A stretch of 64,000 nt of DNA, from positions 2,131 to 66,130 of IMG/VR virus record IMGVR_UViG_3300026488_000027; one strand, 5' to 3'. Under the pieces are notes generated by a model. That model was not told where the DNA came from, made no database searches, and saw nothing but the letters and a program-made list of their open reading frames with translations. Source of the DNA: a virus (Duplodnaviria > Caudoviricetes). The position numbers were made by a program, and so were the translations under genes. This document shows positions 48,962 through 58,499 of the stretch, piece after piece; the stretch's first letter is position 1, and the number at the start of each line of letters is the position of its first letter.

Positions 48962-49305
48962 TGTTCAACAAACTCCGATTCAAGAGTTGCCAATCTCTTT
49001 TCCATTTCAACAATATCATCATCAACAGTTTCATCTTCTCTATTATCATGTTTACTAAGTAACTTTTCTGATTTCCTTATTTCTGCATTGAGAATCTGAA
49101 TAGCCTGCACTATATCCTTTACTTTCAATGATTTAGAGTTTTGCAGAAGTTCATTTAACTTCTGCAACAATTCTCTTCTTGTTTCAAGTGCATTTATAAG
49201 AAATTCCTTTTCACTTTCTTTTATTGCAGCTCTAAAATCTTCATCTATTGACATCAGAAACTTTACATAAGAATCCCTCATTGGTTTCCTCCAGCTTGTT
49301 TTCAT
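48958..49305 (-). CDS. Putative terminase small subunit
   Basis: Helical 115-aa ORF overlapping the terL start. Confidence 0.6.
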   Translation of the reverse strand: MKTSWRKPMRDSYVKFLMSIDEDFRAAIKESEKEFLINALETRRELLQKLNELLQNSKSLKVKDIVQAIQILNAEIRKSEKLLSKHDNREDETVDDDIVEMEKRLATLESEFVEQ

Positions 49306-49358
49306 TATTTATATGATGAACTTAATGAAGAAGAGAACATATAAGATAGGGCTAATCT

Positions 49359-49652
49359 ATGTTTAAATTGTGTTTCAGTTGTAAATTCTTTTCTATTGAT
49401 GGTTACTATTGTTCTTGTGGCAAAGGTAAATATAAGAATATCGGTTTTCTAACAGTAAATCCTTTATTCTTCGTAAGAAATGATCCAAGTCTCCTCTCCT
49501 GCCACTATCCTTTAAAAACAGCCTATCTAATTAGTTGTCAAATGATAGAAAGTCTTAAGAAAGAGATCATCAATAAGAAGAAAGTGGTTTCCTCTAAACA
49601 GTTGAAAAAACTTGAAAAACAAATTTCTGGTAAAACTAAAAAACGCTCTTGA
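49359..49652 (+). CDS. Hypothetical Cys-rich protein
   Basis: CFSCKFF...CSCG N-terminus; divergent from terS. Confidence 0.55.
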   Translation: MFKLCFSCKFFSIDGYYCSCGKGKYKNIGFLTVNPLFFVRNDPSLLSCHYPLKTAYLISCQMIESLKKEIINKKKVVSSKQLKKLEKQISGKTKKRS

Positions 49653-49677
49653 CAAAGCTTCATGTTCTTCTTATACT
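49649..49677 (+). promoter_or_regulatory. Sigma70-type promoter
   Basis: TTGACA-N17-TATACT. Confidence 0.75.
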
Positions 49678-49716
49678 ACTCTTAGCAGTCAGAAGATTTT
49701 GTTGAGGAGGTTAACC

Positions 49717-50040
49717 ATGCTAAAAAAGTTTTTAGTGGGATGTTTAGCAGCAGGAATCATAACCACATCATCTTTTGCAGCTGACGATCTTGCATGTAGA
49801 TTAGGTTATAAGACACATGTGGTATGTTATGATATGGCTACAGCTTTTCCAACTTTGTCGTGTTCGAGCATAAGTTATGATTTCTTCTATAAAATTTATA
49901 GAAAAACAAATGATCCACTTTTTGCCAAAGTTCTTTCTTCTATTTGCAAAACATCATGTGAAATACAAAGAAACGGTGGAAGAAAACTTTCTTATGTAAA
50001 CTATGAAAAACTTATCTGCGAGAGGAGGTATGGAAGATGA
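49717..50040 (+). CDS. Secreted Cys-rich protein
   Basis: GAGGAGG RBS; signal peptide MLKKFLVGCLAAGIITTSSFA; six Cys in the mature part. Confidence 0.7.
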   Translation: MLKKFLVGCLAAGIITTSSFAADDLACRLGYKTHVVCYDMATAFPTLSCSSISYDFFYKIYRKTNDPLFAKVLSSICKTSCEIQRNGGRKLSYVNYEKLICERRYGR

Positions 50041-50696
50041 TTTATACTTACTTTTTCTCAGGTTTTGCGGCAAATGGTAAGTCATCTTTGATTGATTCAA
50101 TTGAAGGATTTGTTCCCAAAGGTTATACTGTGGTCAAGATTGGCGAAGCAGCCAGAAATGTATTGAAATTAAATAACTTTCTATTTGACAAGTGTGATAT
50201 GAATGAATTTGAAAAACAGATTCTTGCTTCAGAATATTACATATTGCAGTTTCTTGGTGAATTGGTTGACAAAGATGAAACTGATGAAAAGAATAATATT
50301 GTAATACTGAAAGACAGATTTATTCTTGATGTGGTTACATTTATGGTAATTAAGAAGCAAATAACGATGGAAGATGCTGCTGATCTGTGCAGAGCATTCT
50401 TTATGGAGCATTCACAGAAAGTGATACATAATTTTCATCTTTCGAATAAAATTATTTTGATTAATGGAACTGAAAATGAAGAATTTATTAAGAAAGCCAT
50501 GCAAGATCCAGCAAGAAAGGAAACACTTGATGATTTCATTTCAATGCAAAGAAAATTTTATAGAATATGGTGGCAGTTGGCAGATAGAATGAATCTGTCA
50601 GAAAGATTTGATATAGTAAAATTTGCTCATCCTATTGATGATCCGATGACTCCATTCAAGATAATAAGCTTTATATTGACTGAATTGAAAGGATAA
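50037..50696 (+). CDS. P-loop nucleotide kinase-like protein (AAA_28/NadR-like)
   Basis: FSGFAANGKSS, EAAR, KDRFILD. Confidence 0.75.
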   Translation: MIYTYFFSGFAANGKSSLIDSIEGFVPKGYTVVKIGEAARNVLKLNNFLFDKCDMNEFEKQILASEYYILQFLGELVDKDETDEKNNIVILKDRFILDVVTFMVIKKQITMEDAADLCRAFFMEHSQKVIHNFHLSNKIILINGTENEEFIKKAMQDPARKETLDDFISMQRKFYRIWWQLADRMNLSERFDIVKFAHPIDDPMTPFKIISFILTELKG

Positions 50697-51070
50697 TGGA
50701 TAGTAAGGGGAAGACCATAGCAATACTTCAGCTTCCTAATGGCAAGATTATTACAAGAGAAAATCTTTGTTTATCTGGCTCATTGAAAGTAAAGATTTTT
50801 GGTATAGAATATGATAGTTGGCATGCTGAAGTTAGATGTATTCTTACTCTGATGAAGAATTCTTATTTTCTAAATCTGGTAAGACAAGAAAAATGGTTAG
50901 GTTTGACTGTTTTGAGATACAACAGAAAAGGAAAGCTGGCACCCAATTCAAAACCTTGTTCTGCTTGCTGGAAAGTTCTGAAAATTTTCAAGAAAAGATA
51001 TTTGGGCCTTGACAATAAGTTTGAATTGACTTATATTAAAGATGGAAAGATAGAGAAGACTTCTTTGTAA
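50696..51070 (+). CDS. Cytidine/dCMP deaminase-like zinc protein
   Basis: HAEVRC and SKPCSAC motifs. Confidence 0.8.
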   Translation: MDSKGKTIAILQLPNGKIITRENLCLSGSLKVKIFGIEYDSWHAEVRCILTLMKNSYFLNLVRQEKWLGLTVLRYNRKGKLAPNSKPCSACWKVLKIFKKRYLGLDNKFELTYIKDGKIEKTSL

Positions 51071-51082
51071 GAGAGGTGTTGA

Positions 51083-51361
51083 ATGAGCTGGAATAAAAAC
51101 ACAATCTATTCAAAGGTTTATGATACTATTGTAAGTGAATGGAAAAAGAATGGTGATGTGGTAGTTGAAGCTACATGTCCCGTTCCTGTTTATGGTTTGA
51201 ATGACATAGATGACACTTATCGTCTGAGAATTGCTGTAAATAAAACGAGAGCAAAGCTTATTTATGAATTTATTCTCAGAACAGACGATTGTGATACGCC
51301 AGATTTTGTGAATGCGAAAATTGTTGATTTAGATAGAAACCTTTTGACGGAGGAAGAATAA
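51083..51361 (+). CDS. Hypothetical protein
   Basis: GAGGTG RBS, operon packing. Confidence 0.6.
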   Translation: MSWNKNTIYSKVYDTIVSEWKKNGDVVVEATCPVPVYGLNDIDDTYRLRIAVNKTRAKLIYEFILRTDDCDTPDFVNAKIVDLDRNLLTEEE

Positions 51362-51627
51362 TGAAAATATCAGAGTTTAAGCAGTATCTTGTTAGTCTCT
51401 TTTCTGAATCACATGATGAAAAAGAAGCAGATGAAATAATACAGTTTGTTTCAGCTAATGTTGATTTTGATGATATAGACTTTACTGATCCTGACGCAGA
51501 AATAACCACTTCAGACGCACTTCTATTTACTTTCTGGTATGGAATTCTTTCGGCAATAATCAATCCTGAAGCAACCGAAAATGCTTTAAATATCGTTGCT
51601 GAAATGAATAACCAGACTGTAAACTGA
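51361..51627 (+). CDS. Hypothetical acidic protein
   Basis: TAATG coupling to the upstream ORF. Confidence 0.6.
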   Translation: MKISEFKQYLVSLFSESHDEKEADEIIQFVSANVDFDDIDFTDPDAEITTSDALLFTFWYGILSAIINPEATENALNIVAEMNNQTVN

Positions 51628-51641
51628 TGCGAGGTTGAAAA

Positions 51642-52004
51642 ATGAAAAACAAGCTATATACTTACAAAGTAATAAAGATAAATAGAGTTGTTGATGGTGA
51701 CACTGTGGATGTCACAATTGATTTAGGTTTTAACATTTTCAAGAAACTAAGAGTTCGTTGTCTTCACTATGATGCGCCTGAAGTTTATCATGCTTCTGAA
51801 GAGGAAAAGAAACTTGGATTAATAGCTAAACAGAAACTTGAGGAACTTCTTTTTTCATCAATACAAGAAAGTGGTCTCTACTTAAGAACTTACAAAGATC
51901 CATCCATTTATAGCAGATGGTATGGTGAATTTATTACTGAAAATCAATTAAATATCAATTTGATCATGAAAGAATACTGCAGGCAACTGAAGAAGGAGGT
52001 TTGA
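51642..52004 (+). CDS. Thermonuclease (SNase-like)
   Basis: RVVDGDTVDVTIDLGF, RVR...DAPE, YSRWYG. Confidence 0.88.
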   Translation: MKNKLYTYKVIKINRVVDGDTVDVTIDLGFNIFKKLRVRCLHYDAPEVYHASEEEKKLGLIAKQKLEELLFSSIQESGLYLRTYKDPSIYSRWYGEFITENQLNINLIMKEYCRQLKKEV

Positions 52005-52591
52005 AAATGCTTGGTGTCGATAACATGCTTCTTATTAAGACACCAAACAAAAGCATGAAGTTGACACTTGGAGAACTTTCTCCTTATATTGTGGGAAATG
52101 TTTTTTATTCTCTTCCATCCGTAATAAATGAATATAGATTGATAGACTATCTCACTGGGATTAAGATAAATCATGAAAAAGCCGAATTTGAGTTTAGAGA
52201 TATTCAAGTAGTCTCCTTCAACGACAAGCTGAATTTATTTGAATGGGATGAATTAGTAAAGATTGAAGAATTCCTTTATTCTGGAGATATTTATTTCATT
52301 AGCAATGTTTTCATTGACATTGAAGTTACAAACTTGAATGACATTGTATTTTGTGATTGTAAAAACCATAAGATTATTCCCCATGTTGAAGAATTAGATA
52401 TTTTCTGGAAAGGATCAAAATATCAATATTGCATGTTAAAATATACTGGAATAGGAAATCACCCTCACTATCATTCTTTATCCACAGTCATAAAGAAACC
52501 AACTTCAAAAAGACCAGTATTTAAGATTTGGTTGAAGAATAATAATTGTGTTGTTCTCAATAACCATGTTGTGAGGTGTAAAAATGAATAA
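52001..52591 (+). CDS. Free-standing degenerate Hint-domain-like protein
   Basis: VVSFNDK..FEW...YSGDIYFI...IEVT and C-terminal VFKIWL.NN..VLNNHVVRCKN resemble intein splicing blocks. Confidence 0.5.
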   Translation: MKMLGVDNMLLIKTPNKSMKLTLGELSPYIVGNVFYSLPSVINEYRLIDYLTGIKINHEKAEFEFRDIQVVSFNDKLNLFEWDELVKIEEFLYSGDIYFISNVFIDIEVTNLNDIVFCDCKNHKIIPHVEELDIFWKGSKYQYCMLKYTGIGNHPHYHSLSTVIKKPTSKRPVFKIWLKNNNCVVLNNHVVRCKNE

Positions 52592-53117
52592 AAACTTCGA
52601 TATTGCTTTCAAAATGGTTCTTACCTTTGAAGGAGGTTTAGTAAATGATCCTGATGATCCTGGTGGGATTTCGAAATATGGTCTCAGTCAAAGAGCCTAT
52701 CCAAATTTAAATATTGCTGAGTTGACCATTGAACAAGCAAAGGAAATATACTTTACCGACTATTGGATAAAAGGAAAATGTCACAAATTACCTGATGGAA
52801 TAGATATTTATCATTTTGATACTTGTGTGAATGTTGGAATAAGAAGAGCAAACAAATTTTTACAACTTGCAATAAACAAATCTTCAAAAACTGGATATAT
52901 TAAAGTAGATGGCATTATAGGGCCAAAGACATTGGGCATGTTAGCTACTATACCTAACTATAAAGTTCTTACTGAATATGCTTGCATTAGAAATGACTAT
53001 TATGTAAGATTAGCAAGCAGAAAGAATTTGCGAAAATTTCTCTCAGGATGGATAAGAAGATCAACGAAAGCTTTTGGTATATGCATGGCAAAAATCTTCG
53101 TTGAACAGGAGGAATAG
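52584..53117 (+). CDS. Endolysin, glycoside hydrolase family 108
   Basis: FEGGLVNDPDDPGG..KYG, FDTCVNVG, VDGIIGPKT, FLSGWIRR. Confidence 0.95.
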   Translation: MNKNFDIAFKMVLTFEGGLVNDPDDPGGISKYGLSQRAYPNLNIAELTIEQAKEIYFTDYWIKGKCHKLPDGIDIYHFDTCVNVGIRRANKFLQLAINKSSKTGYIKVDGIIGPKTLGMLATIPNYKVLTEYACIRNDYYVRLASRKNLRKFLSGWIRRSTKAFGICMAKIFVEQEE

Positions 53118-53119
53118 CC

Positions 53120-53611
53120 ATGGCACCATGGATACCTTTAGTTGGTGGGTTGGCTTCAAAACTATTTGATATTATTGACAAAGCTATTCCTGATAAAAGT
53201 AAAGCAATGGAATTGAAACATGAAATTCATCTTGAGTTGTTGCAGTTTCAGAATCAGTTATTACAAGCACAAAGAGATATCATAGTGGCTGAAGCTACGG
53301 GTCATTCTTGGTTACAAAGAAATTGGAGACCATTGCTTATGCTGGTGTTCACATTCATAATTGCATGGAATTATGCTATCTTTCCAATTATCAGTATTTT
53401 TGCACCTCGATTGAAACAACTTCCTATTCCACCAGAAATGTGGGCATTGTTAAAAATTTCAATATCAGGTTATATAATTTCAAGATCGGGAGAAAAGATC
53501 GTTACAATTGTAAAAAACAAAGACAATTCAAAAATGAATTCCAAGAAAAACAACAAATTCACAAAAATAGTCAAAGAAACACTATTTGAAGATGATGATG
53601 TTATTATGTAA
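53120..53611 (+). CDS. 3-TM holin (GTA holin-like)
   Basis: IDKAIPD, AEA..HSWLQRNWRP, GY...RSGEK; directly after the endolysin. Confidence 0.9.
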   Translation: MAPWIPLVGGLASKLFDIIDKAIPDKSKAMELKHEIHLELLQFQNQLLQAQRDIIVAEATGHSWLQRNWRPLLMLVFTFIIAWNYAIFPIISIFAPRLKQLPIPPEMWALLKISISGYIISRSGEKIVTIVKNKDNSKMNSKKNNKFTKIVKETLFEDDDVIM

Positions 53612-53619
53612 AGGTAGTT

Positions 53620-53802
53620 ATGAAATTTGAAGAAATAGTAAGGAATTGTCAAGTCTATATTGATCCGAGTTATTTGAGGATATGCTGTCCTGTTTGCGAA
53701 AATCATAACTTTGTAGATTATGAAATTGATTATGAAAGCAGAAGGATAGTCTGTTACTGTCAATCTTGCAAAATCAAATTTGTTGTGATGGAAGATGATT
53801 AG
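53620..53802 (+). CDS. Small zinc-ribbon protein
   Basis: CPVC...CQSC. Confidence 0.6.
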   Translation: MKFEEIVRNCQVYIDPSYLRICCPVCENHNFVDYEIDYESRRIVCYCQSCKIKFVVMEDD

Positions 53803-53826
53803 AAATACTTGGAGCGGAGGTATAGA

Positions 53827-54186
53827 ATGAGAAAAGAAACTTTTGAGTTTTTCAGTTCTATCTTTGGTTCTAACAAAATAGAGTATTATCAAAGTGAGAT
53901 CAGAAAAGCTCTAAATTGTATTGGTGAATATAAACATGATCATGGTTTTATTCATCCAAATATAATTCTTTATATTCAATCTAATCTTGATGATCTTTGC
54001 ACAAAGTCATTCATCTATACCGTTCTGGAAAGCTTCATTGAAGGAAAAGATGAATTAGAAGTTGATGACATAGATTCTTTCTTTGTGGCTGATCCAGAAG
54101 AAATTCTTTTGTTAGCTAAAAGATATGTTGATAATTATAAAGGAAAAAGCATGCAAAATATCAAAAATGGGTCTGAGAATAGTTAG
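53827..54186 (+). CDS. Hypothetical protein
   Basis: GGAGG RBS before ATG 53827. Confidence 0.6.
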   Translation: MRKETFEFFSSIFGSNKIEYYQSEIRKALNCIGEYKHDHGFIHPNIILYIQSNLDDLCTKSFIYTVLESFIEGKDELEVDDIDSFFVADPEEILLLAKRYVDNYKGKSMQNIKNGSENS

Positions 54187-54379
54187 GTTTGTCTGTGATT
54201 CTATGAGAGAGTATTGTGCCACCAAAGGCTTCAACATAAGCAAGGGCATCTTTGATGGACATTATTTGTGTGGCTACAACAACTTTTTCTCCATCTGGTG
54301 CAAATTCAAAAATAGACTTCATCGGTCTTCCTGTTTTTCCGTCCTGCCAGACTACAACAAGAAATTTTCCTCTTGACAT
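54161..54379 (-). CDS. Hypothetical protein, counter-oriented
   Basis: GAGGT RBS; plausible composition; fills the gap between plus-strand genes. Confidence 0.5.
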   Translation of the reverse strand: MSRGKFLVVVWQDGKTGRPMKSIFEFAPDGEKVVVATQIMSIKDALAYVEAFGGTILSHRITDKPNYSQTHF

Positions 54380-54401
54380 TTTAACCTCTCTGTTTTATAA
54401 T
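54373..54401 (+). promoter_or_regulatory. Perfect consensus sigma70 promoter
   Basis: TTGACA-N17-TATAAT. Confidence 0.85.
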
Positions 54402-54430
54402 ATATGCAGAAGCTGGCAAAGGGGGCCAGA

Positions 54431-54898
54431 ATGAAAAGATATTACGTCAACTTAACTGCTGGGCTGGCTTATTCAAAAAAGGTAGATAGTGATATTGTTT
54501 ATTGTCATTTACAGTCTTCACACATAGAAAGTAAAGCATGGAACAAATTTTTTATGAGTTTACCAGATGATTTACTTTTTCATTTGGCATTAGGACATGA
54601 ATGTTATATAATAGATTGCTCTGCTAACAATGGTGGAAAATCTAAGGTGATTAGATTAGGTATTCCAGCTATAAAATTATTGCTAAACAAGAGATGGTTT
54701 GATAAATTTGAAAGGATTGAACCTTTTGATTTAGATTATTGCAAAAGAATTCTTGATATGGCAGATAAGAATGTGAAAAACAAAGTGGATTATTTCAAGA
54801 AGTTTCTGAAAACTAAGGAAATAAAGCTATTTGGTTTATATGAAAGACTTGAAAAGGAAGATAGTGAAGAAATAATTAAGGGCTTTCTGGGGAGGTAA
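54431..54898 (+). CDS. Uncharacterised protein
   Basis: YVNLTAGL...LQSSHIE...DLLFHLALGHECYIID; first gene after the strong promoter. Confidence 0.75.
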   Translation: MKRYYVNLTAGLAYSKKVDSDIVYCHLQSSHIESKAWNKFFMSLPDDLLFHLALGHECYIIDCSANNGGKSKVIRLGIPAIKLLLNKRWFDKFERIEPFDLDYCKRILDMADKNVKNKVDYFKKFLKTKEIKLFGLYERLEKEDSEEIIKGFLGR

Positions 54899-54901
54899 AG
54901 A

Positions 54902-55240
54902 ATGAATGAATTTCTTAGTTTTTATCATCTTTTTAATGTTATTGAGCCTGTTTGCACTATCTTTGTTGTGCTTTCTGTTATTTCTCTTGTTATTTCAATT
55001 ATTTACATTACTGACTACTCATCTGACCAAGAAACAAAGAGCAAATTTAAAATGGCTTTATTGAGTTCTGTGTTTGTATTATTTATTTCTATCGCTATTC
55101 TTTCTGCATTTTCCATTAGAATGAACAATTTATTTACCAAGTATGTTGCTAATGATTGCAAGAATCTGAAGAAGGCAGCTTTAATAACCAATGATGGTGA
55201 ATATAAAATTAAATATTTCGAAATGTGTGTGGAGAGGTGA
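54902..55240 (+). CDS. Two-TM membrane protein
   Basis: Two hydrophobic helices; GGAGG RBS. Confidence 0.7.
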   Translation: MNEFLSFYHLFNVIEPVCTIFVVLSVISLVISIIYITDYSSDQETKSKFKMALLSSVFVLFISIAILSAFSIRMNNLFTKYVANDCKNLKKAALITNDGEYKIKYFEMCVER

Positions 55241-55244
55241 TAGA

Positions 55245-55472
55245 ATGAAATGGATCTTTATTGATGGAAGATATGTGAATCTTGACCAGGTGACACAGAT
55301 AATAATTGATCCACCAAATGCACCTGAAAAGAAGTGGACAGTTGAATTCAGACTTGTTAATGGTGATATGTTTTATGTGAAGATGGAAAAGGATCGGTTA
55401 TACTTATTGAAAATCTTTCTAAATAGAGAACTGGATGTGACAACTATTCCACTTGAGGAGGAAGAACTATGA
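55245..55472 (+). CDS. Hypothetical protein
   Basis: GAGGTG RBS; MKWIFIDGRYVNLDQV. Confidence 0.65.
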   Translation: MKWIFIDGRYVNLDQVTQIIIDPPNAPEKKWTVEFRLVNGDMFYVKMEKDRLYLLKIFLNRELDVTTIPLEEEEL

Positions 55473-55699
55473 AAATGAAGAAAGACAGGTTGTATAAAAT
55501 AGTGAATGATGCCATTAAGAAAGCACCTAAACAAGCAAAGGATGGATGTTATGGCCCATGGGCTTCTGTAGAAGAATATGATTATGTTATCTTTTTACAC
55601 AGATGCTGCCGAGACACTCAACTTGTTCATTATATCTATCAAACATTAGAAGAACATGATATAGATACAACAAAAATACTGATTTTGACTGAGTGGTAG
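55469..55699 (+). CDS. Hypothetical protein
   Basis: ATGA coupling. Confidence 0.6.
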   Translation: MKMKKDRLYKIVNDAIKKAPKQAKDGCYGPWASVEEYDYVIFLHRCCRDTQLVHYIYQTLEEHDIDTTKILILTEW

Positions 55700-55701
55700 T
55701 C

Positions 55702-55845
55702 ATGAGAAATAAATGGAAAGAATGGAAATACACCTTAACAAAGACTAAGGCGAGAAGAAAAGTAAAAAGGTTGACACACAAAGCTGAAAGAAGAAATAAA
55801 AAGAAAGAAATAAGAAAATATCTGAGAGGAGGAACTGATGAATGA
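55702..55845 (+). CDS. 47-aa highly basic protein (below the ORF-track cutoff)
   Basis: MRNKWKEW...RRKVKRLTHKAERRNKKKEIRKYL; fills an operon gap. Confidence 0.5.
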   Translation: MRNKWKEWKYTLTKTKARRKVKRLTHKAERRNKKKEIRKYLRGGTDE

Positions 55846-55872
55846 CAAAACACTTATGATGGAGGTAGAAAA

Positions 55873-56454
55873 ATGAAAGAAGTAAAATTTAGAGCAAAAG
55901 GAATAGAAGATAATAAATGGCACTATGGTCAGCTGATATGGAATAGATATTTGGATGAATATTTTATCATGGAAGAGTTTTATTTAGATAATTCTTTTAT
56001 TAAAGTATCTCCAGAAACCATATGTCAATTCACAGGTAAAAGAGACAAGAATGGAAACGAAATTTATGAATTTGATATTGTTAGAGGAGATTTTCCCTAT
56101 GCAGAATATGGAATTGTAATTTGGGATGAGGATAGATGTGGGTTTTACATTTTACCAGTTAATGTTCTTTTTAAGATTGCATCAGACAAATACTACAAAA
56201 TGAATGCAAATAAATTAGAGGTATTTGGAAATATATTTGATGATTCAGATTTGATTTTTGATGAAATGATTAAAGAAACTAAAGATGAACAAGCTAAGGA
56301 ATTACTTAATGATTTAAAAGAAAAAGGTGTTAAAATAGATGTAAAGCTATTGATAGATTTCATTAAAAAACCACCTAAAAGTAAAACATTGGAAGTAAAA
56401 CTAACAAGACTAATACCTTATTGCTATAAAGAAAGAATAAGGAGCGAAAAATGA
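55873..56454 (+). CDS. YopX family protein
   Basis: MKEVKFRA, TICQFTGKRDKNGNEIYEFDIV, EVFGNIFD. Confidence 0.92.
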   Translation: MKEVKFRAKGIEDNKWHYGQLIWNRYLDEYFIMEEFYLDNSFIKVSPETICQFTGKRDKNGNEIYEFDIVRGDFPYAEYGIVIWDEDRCGFYILPVNVLFKIASDKYYKMNANKLEVFGNIFDDSDLIFDEMIKETKDEQAKELLNDLKEKGVKIDVKLLIDFIKKPPKSKTLEVKLTRLIPYCYKERIRSEK

Positions 56455-57002
56455 ATGAAAAAGAATATGTCAAAATTATAGAATCAAAAGATCAATATTA
56501 CCCTCTTTACAAAATCTTTTTTGATTTTGATATTGAATCTCCTATTCTGTATGCAGATGTAATCAAAATTCTTGAAGAAGCAGATGAAAAAACGAAAATT
56601 GAGTTATATCTAAATTCTTATGGTGGTTACATAGACACAGCCATTCAGATAGCAGATGCAGTAGAAAATTGTAAAGGTGAAACAGAATCAATTATCTACA
56701 CAGCTTGTTCCGCTGCGTCTATCATTGCATTATCTGCTAAGAAGATTAACCTTAGACCTCTTTGTAAAATGATGATTCATCCAATACAAATTAAACAGGA
56801 TTTTCTTGATGATACAATAAGGCATGTAAGATATGCCAATGCTTACAATGAATGGGAAAAGAAGGTGTTTCAAAAATATTTTAAAGGATTCTTAACGGAA
56901 GAAGAAATTTCAAAAGTTGTTGAACAAAGATACGAAATTTGGTTGTTTTATGAAGACATAAAAGAAAGAATAAGAAAAATGAGGAGGGAGAATGATGAAT
57001 GA
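56451..57002 (+). CDS. ClpP-like serine protease
   Basis: LYLNSYGG, ACSAAS (Ser), MMIH (His). Confidence 0.85.
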   Translation: MNEKEYVKIIESKDQYYPLYKIFFDFDIESPILYADVIKILEEADEKTKIELYLNSYGGYIDTAIQIADAVENCKGETESIIYTACSAASIIALSAKKINLRPLCKMMIHPIQIKQDFLDDTIRHVRYANAYNEWEKKVFQKYFKGFLTEEEISKVVEQRYEIWLFYEDIKERIRKMRRENDE

Positions 57003-57315
57003 AAAACTGGAAAAACTAAAGGAAATAAGTAAAATACTATCAGAAGAATTTGAAAAGCTGAAACAAAATATGTTAAAAGAAGGTGAAGAGGTATGGAATA
57101 ATCTAACCTATGATGAAAAACTTGCTCTTTTGTGTTACATATCTAAGATTTTACATGAACATGCCATGGAAGGAGGAACCTACCGTTATCTCATCTATGA
57201 AAGGTTTGGTTTTGATATGGATGCTTATGCTCCACTACAATTATGTGGTCTTTTAGCAATTCATAATTTGATTTCTGGTAAGTTAAAAATTGAGTTTGAA
57301 GATGAAAATAAATAG
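56992..57315 (+). CDS. Hypothetical protein
   Basis: GTYRYLIYERFGF motif; operon packing. Confidence 0.7.
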   Translation: MMNEKLEKLKEISKILSEEFEKLKQNMLKEGEEVWNNLTYDEKLALLCYISKILHEHAMEGGTYRYLIYERFGFDMDAYAPLQLCGLLAIHNLISGKLKIEFEDENK

Positions 57316-57327
57316 AGGGGTTCTAAA

Positions 57328-57891
57328 ATGTATATGTATAAATATATACGAAAGAATAAGTTGGTTAAAAATTATCCTGAAGTTATGGAAAAGCTAAAAG
57401 TAAAAGAATATTGGAGGAATAGGGCAGAGTTTCTGTTAGATGATATCCAAAATTGTAAAATTGAGTTTGCTTTAATTTCAAAAATTTCCAATTTTCTAAA
57501 AGATTTAAAAAATACCCACTTTGTTTTAACCGATGAAGTAGAGTTATACTACAACAGATGTAATAAAATCTTAAATTGGGTTGTTTCTGAACTTTCTATT
57601 GCTAATGGTAATTTTAAGGAAGATATTAAATTTGATGCTAAGAGACACTTAGAATACCTTTGGGAAATGTTTTTGAAGACTTTTGTAAGAATGGTAGATG
57701 AAATGGGGAAATCAATTGTGGAAGAGATAGAAAAATTCGAGAGATTTATTGAGACTGAGCCTGAAGATTTGGATTGGTTTTATGATGCTGATGTTGTTTC
57801 AAGAGATATGAAAAGGAAAAGCTCTGCTCCATGTGCTGGTGAATATGCTCGTGATGATCATGTTGAAGACTATGATTGGTGGGATTTTTAA
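57328..57891 (+). CDS. Hypothetical protein
   Basis: 187-aa ORF with RBS. Confidence 0.65.
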   Translation: MYMYKYIRKNKLVKNYPEVMEKLKVKEYWRNRAEFLLDDIQNCKIEFALISKISNFLKDLKNTHFVLTDEVELYYNRCNKILNWVVSELSIANGNFKEDIKFDAKRHLEYLWEMFLKTFVRMVDEMGKSIVEEIEKFERFIETEPEDLDWFYDADVVSRDMKRKSSAPCAGEYARDDHVEDYDWWDF

Positions 57892-57908
57892 ATAAATAGG
57901 AGGAGAAG

Positions 57909-58487
57909 ATGATAGAGAAAAAGACTAATCTTGACATTTTCAAAATGTTCTTTGAAGGAAATATGAAATTTTCATGTGAAATGGATCTACAAAAATCACA
58001 ATACGCTCTATTCTTTGAGACAGAAAACATAAAAATACCATTTTTCACAACCGACACATTGACAGAAAAGGACTTGATAAATGAAATTATACAAAGATTC
58101 AACCAACTGATCATAATCTATGAAATCAAAAACAGGATAGTTGATGGGGAATATATTCCTGTTCTATTCAGATTTGAAGAAATAAACAAAGAATTTGAAA
58201 AACCAGTCAACATATTCACCTTAGCCGAATTAGCAAACTATCTTCCATATGATCATGAATTAGCAGAAAGAATTTCAGTAGATTACAACTTACTTCTTTT
58301 CTTGAAATCTCTACATACTTTAAGAGAAAACATACCATGGAAAGGTTTCGCCATTGCCTTAAAAACCATACCTCCCTTCATTGAAGTGAACTTAGAACAC
58401 ATCATTAACAAATTCAACAAAGAAAACAATGCAAATATCAAGATAGAAAGAAAGAATGCTATTTACATACTGACCAATAGTTTATAA
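57909..58487 (+). CDS. Hypothetical protein
   Basis: 192-aa ORF with AGGAGG RBS. Confidence 0.65.
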   Translation: MIEKKTNLDIFKMFFEGNMKFSCEMDLQKSQYALFFETENIKIPFFTTDTLTEKDLINEIIQRFNQLIIIYEIKNRIVDGEYIPVLFRFEEINKEFEKPVNIFTLAELANYLPYDHELAERISVDYNLLLFLKSLHTLRENIPWKGFAIALKTIPPFIEVNLEHIINKFNKENNANIKIERKNAIYILTNSL

Positions 58488-58499
58488 GACAGAATCATC

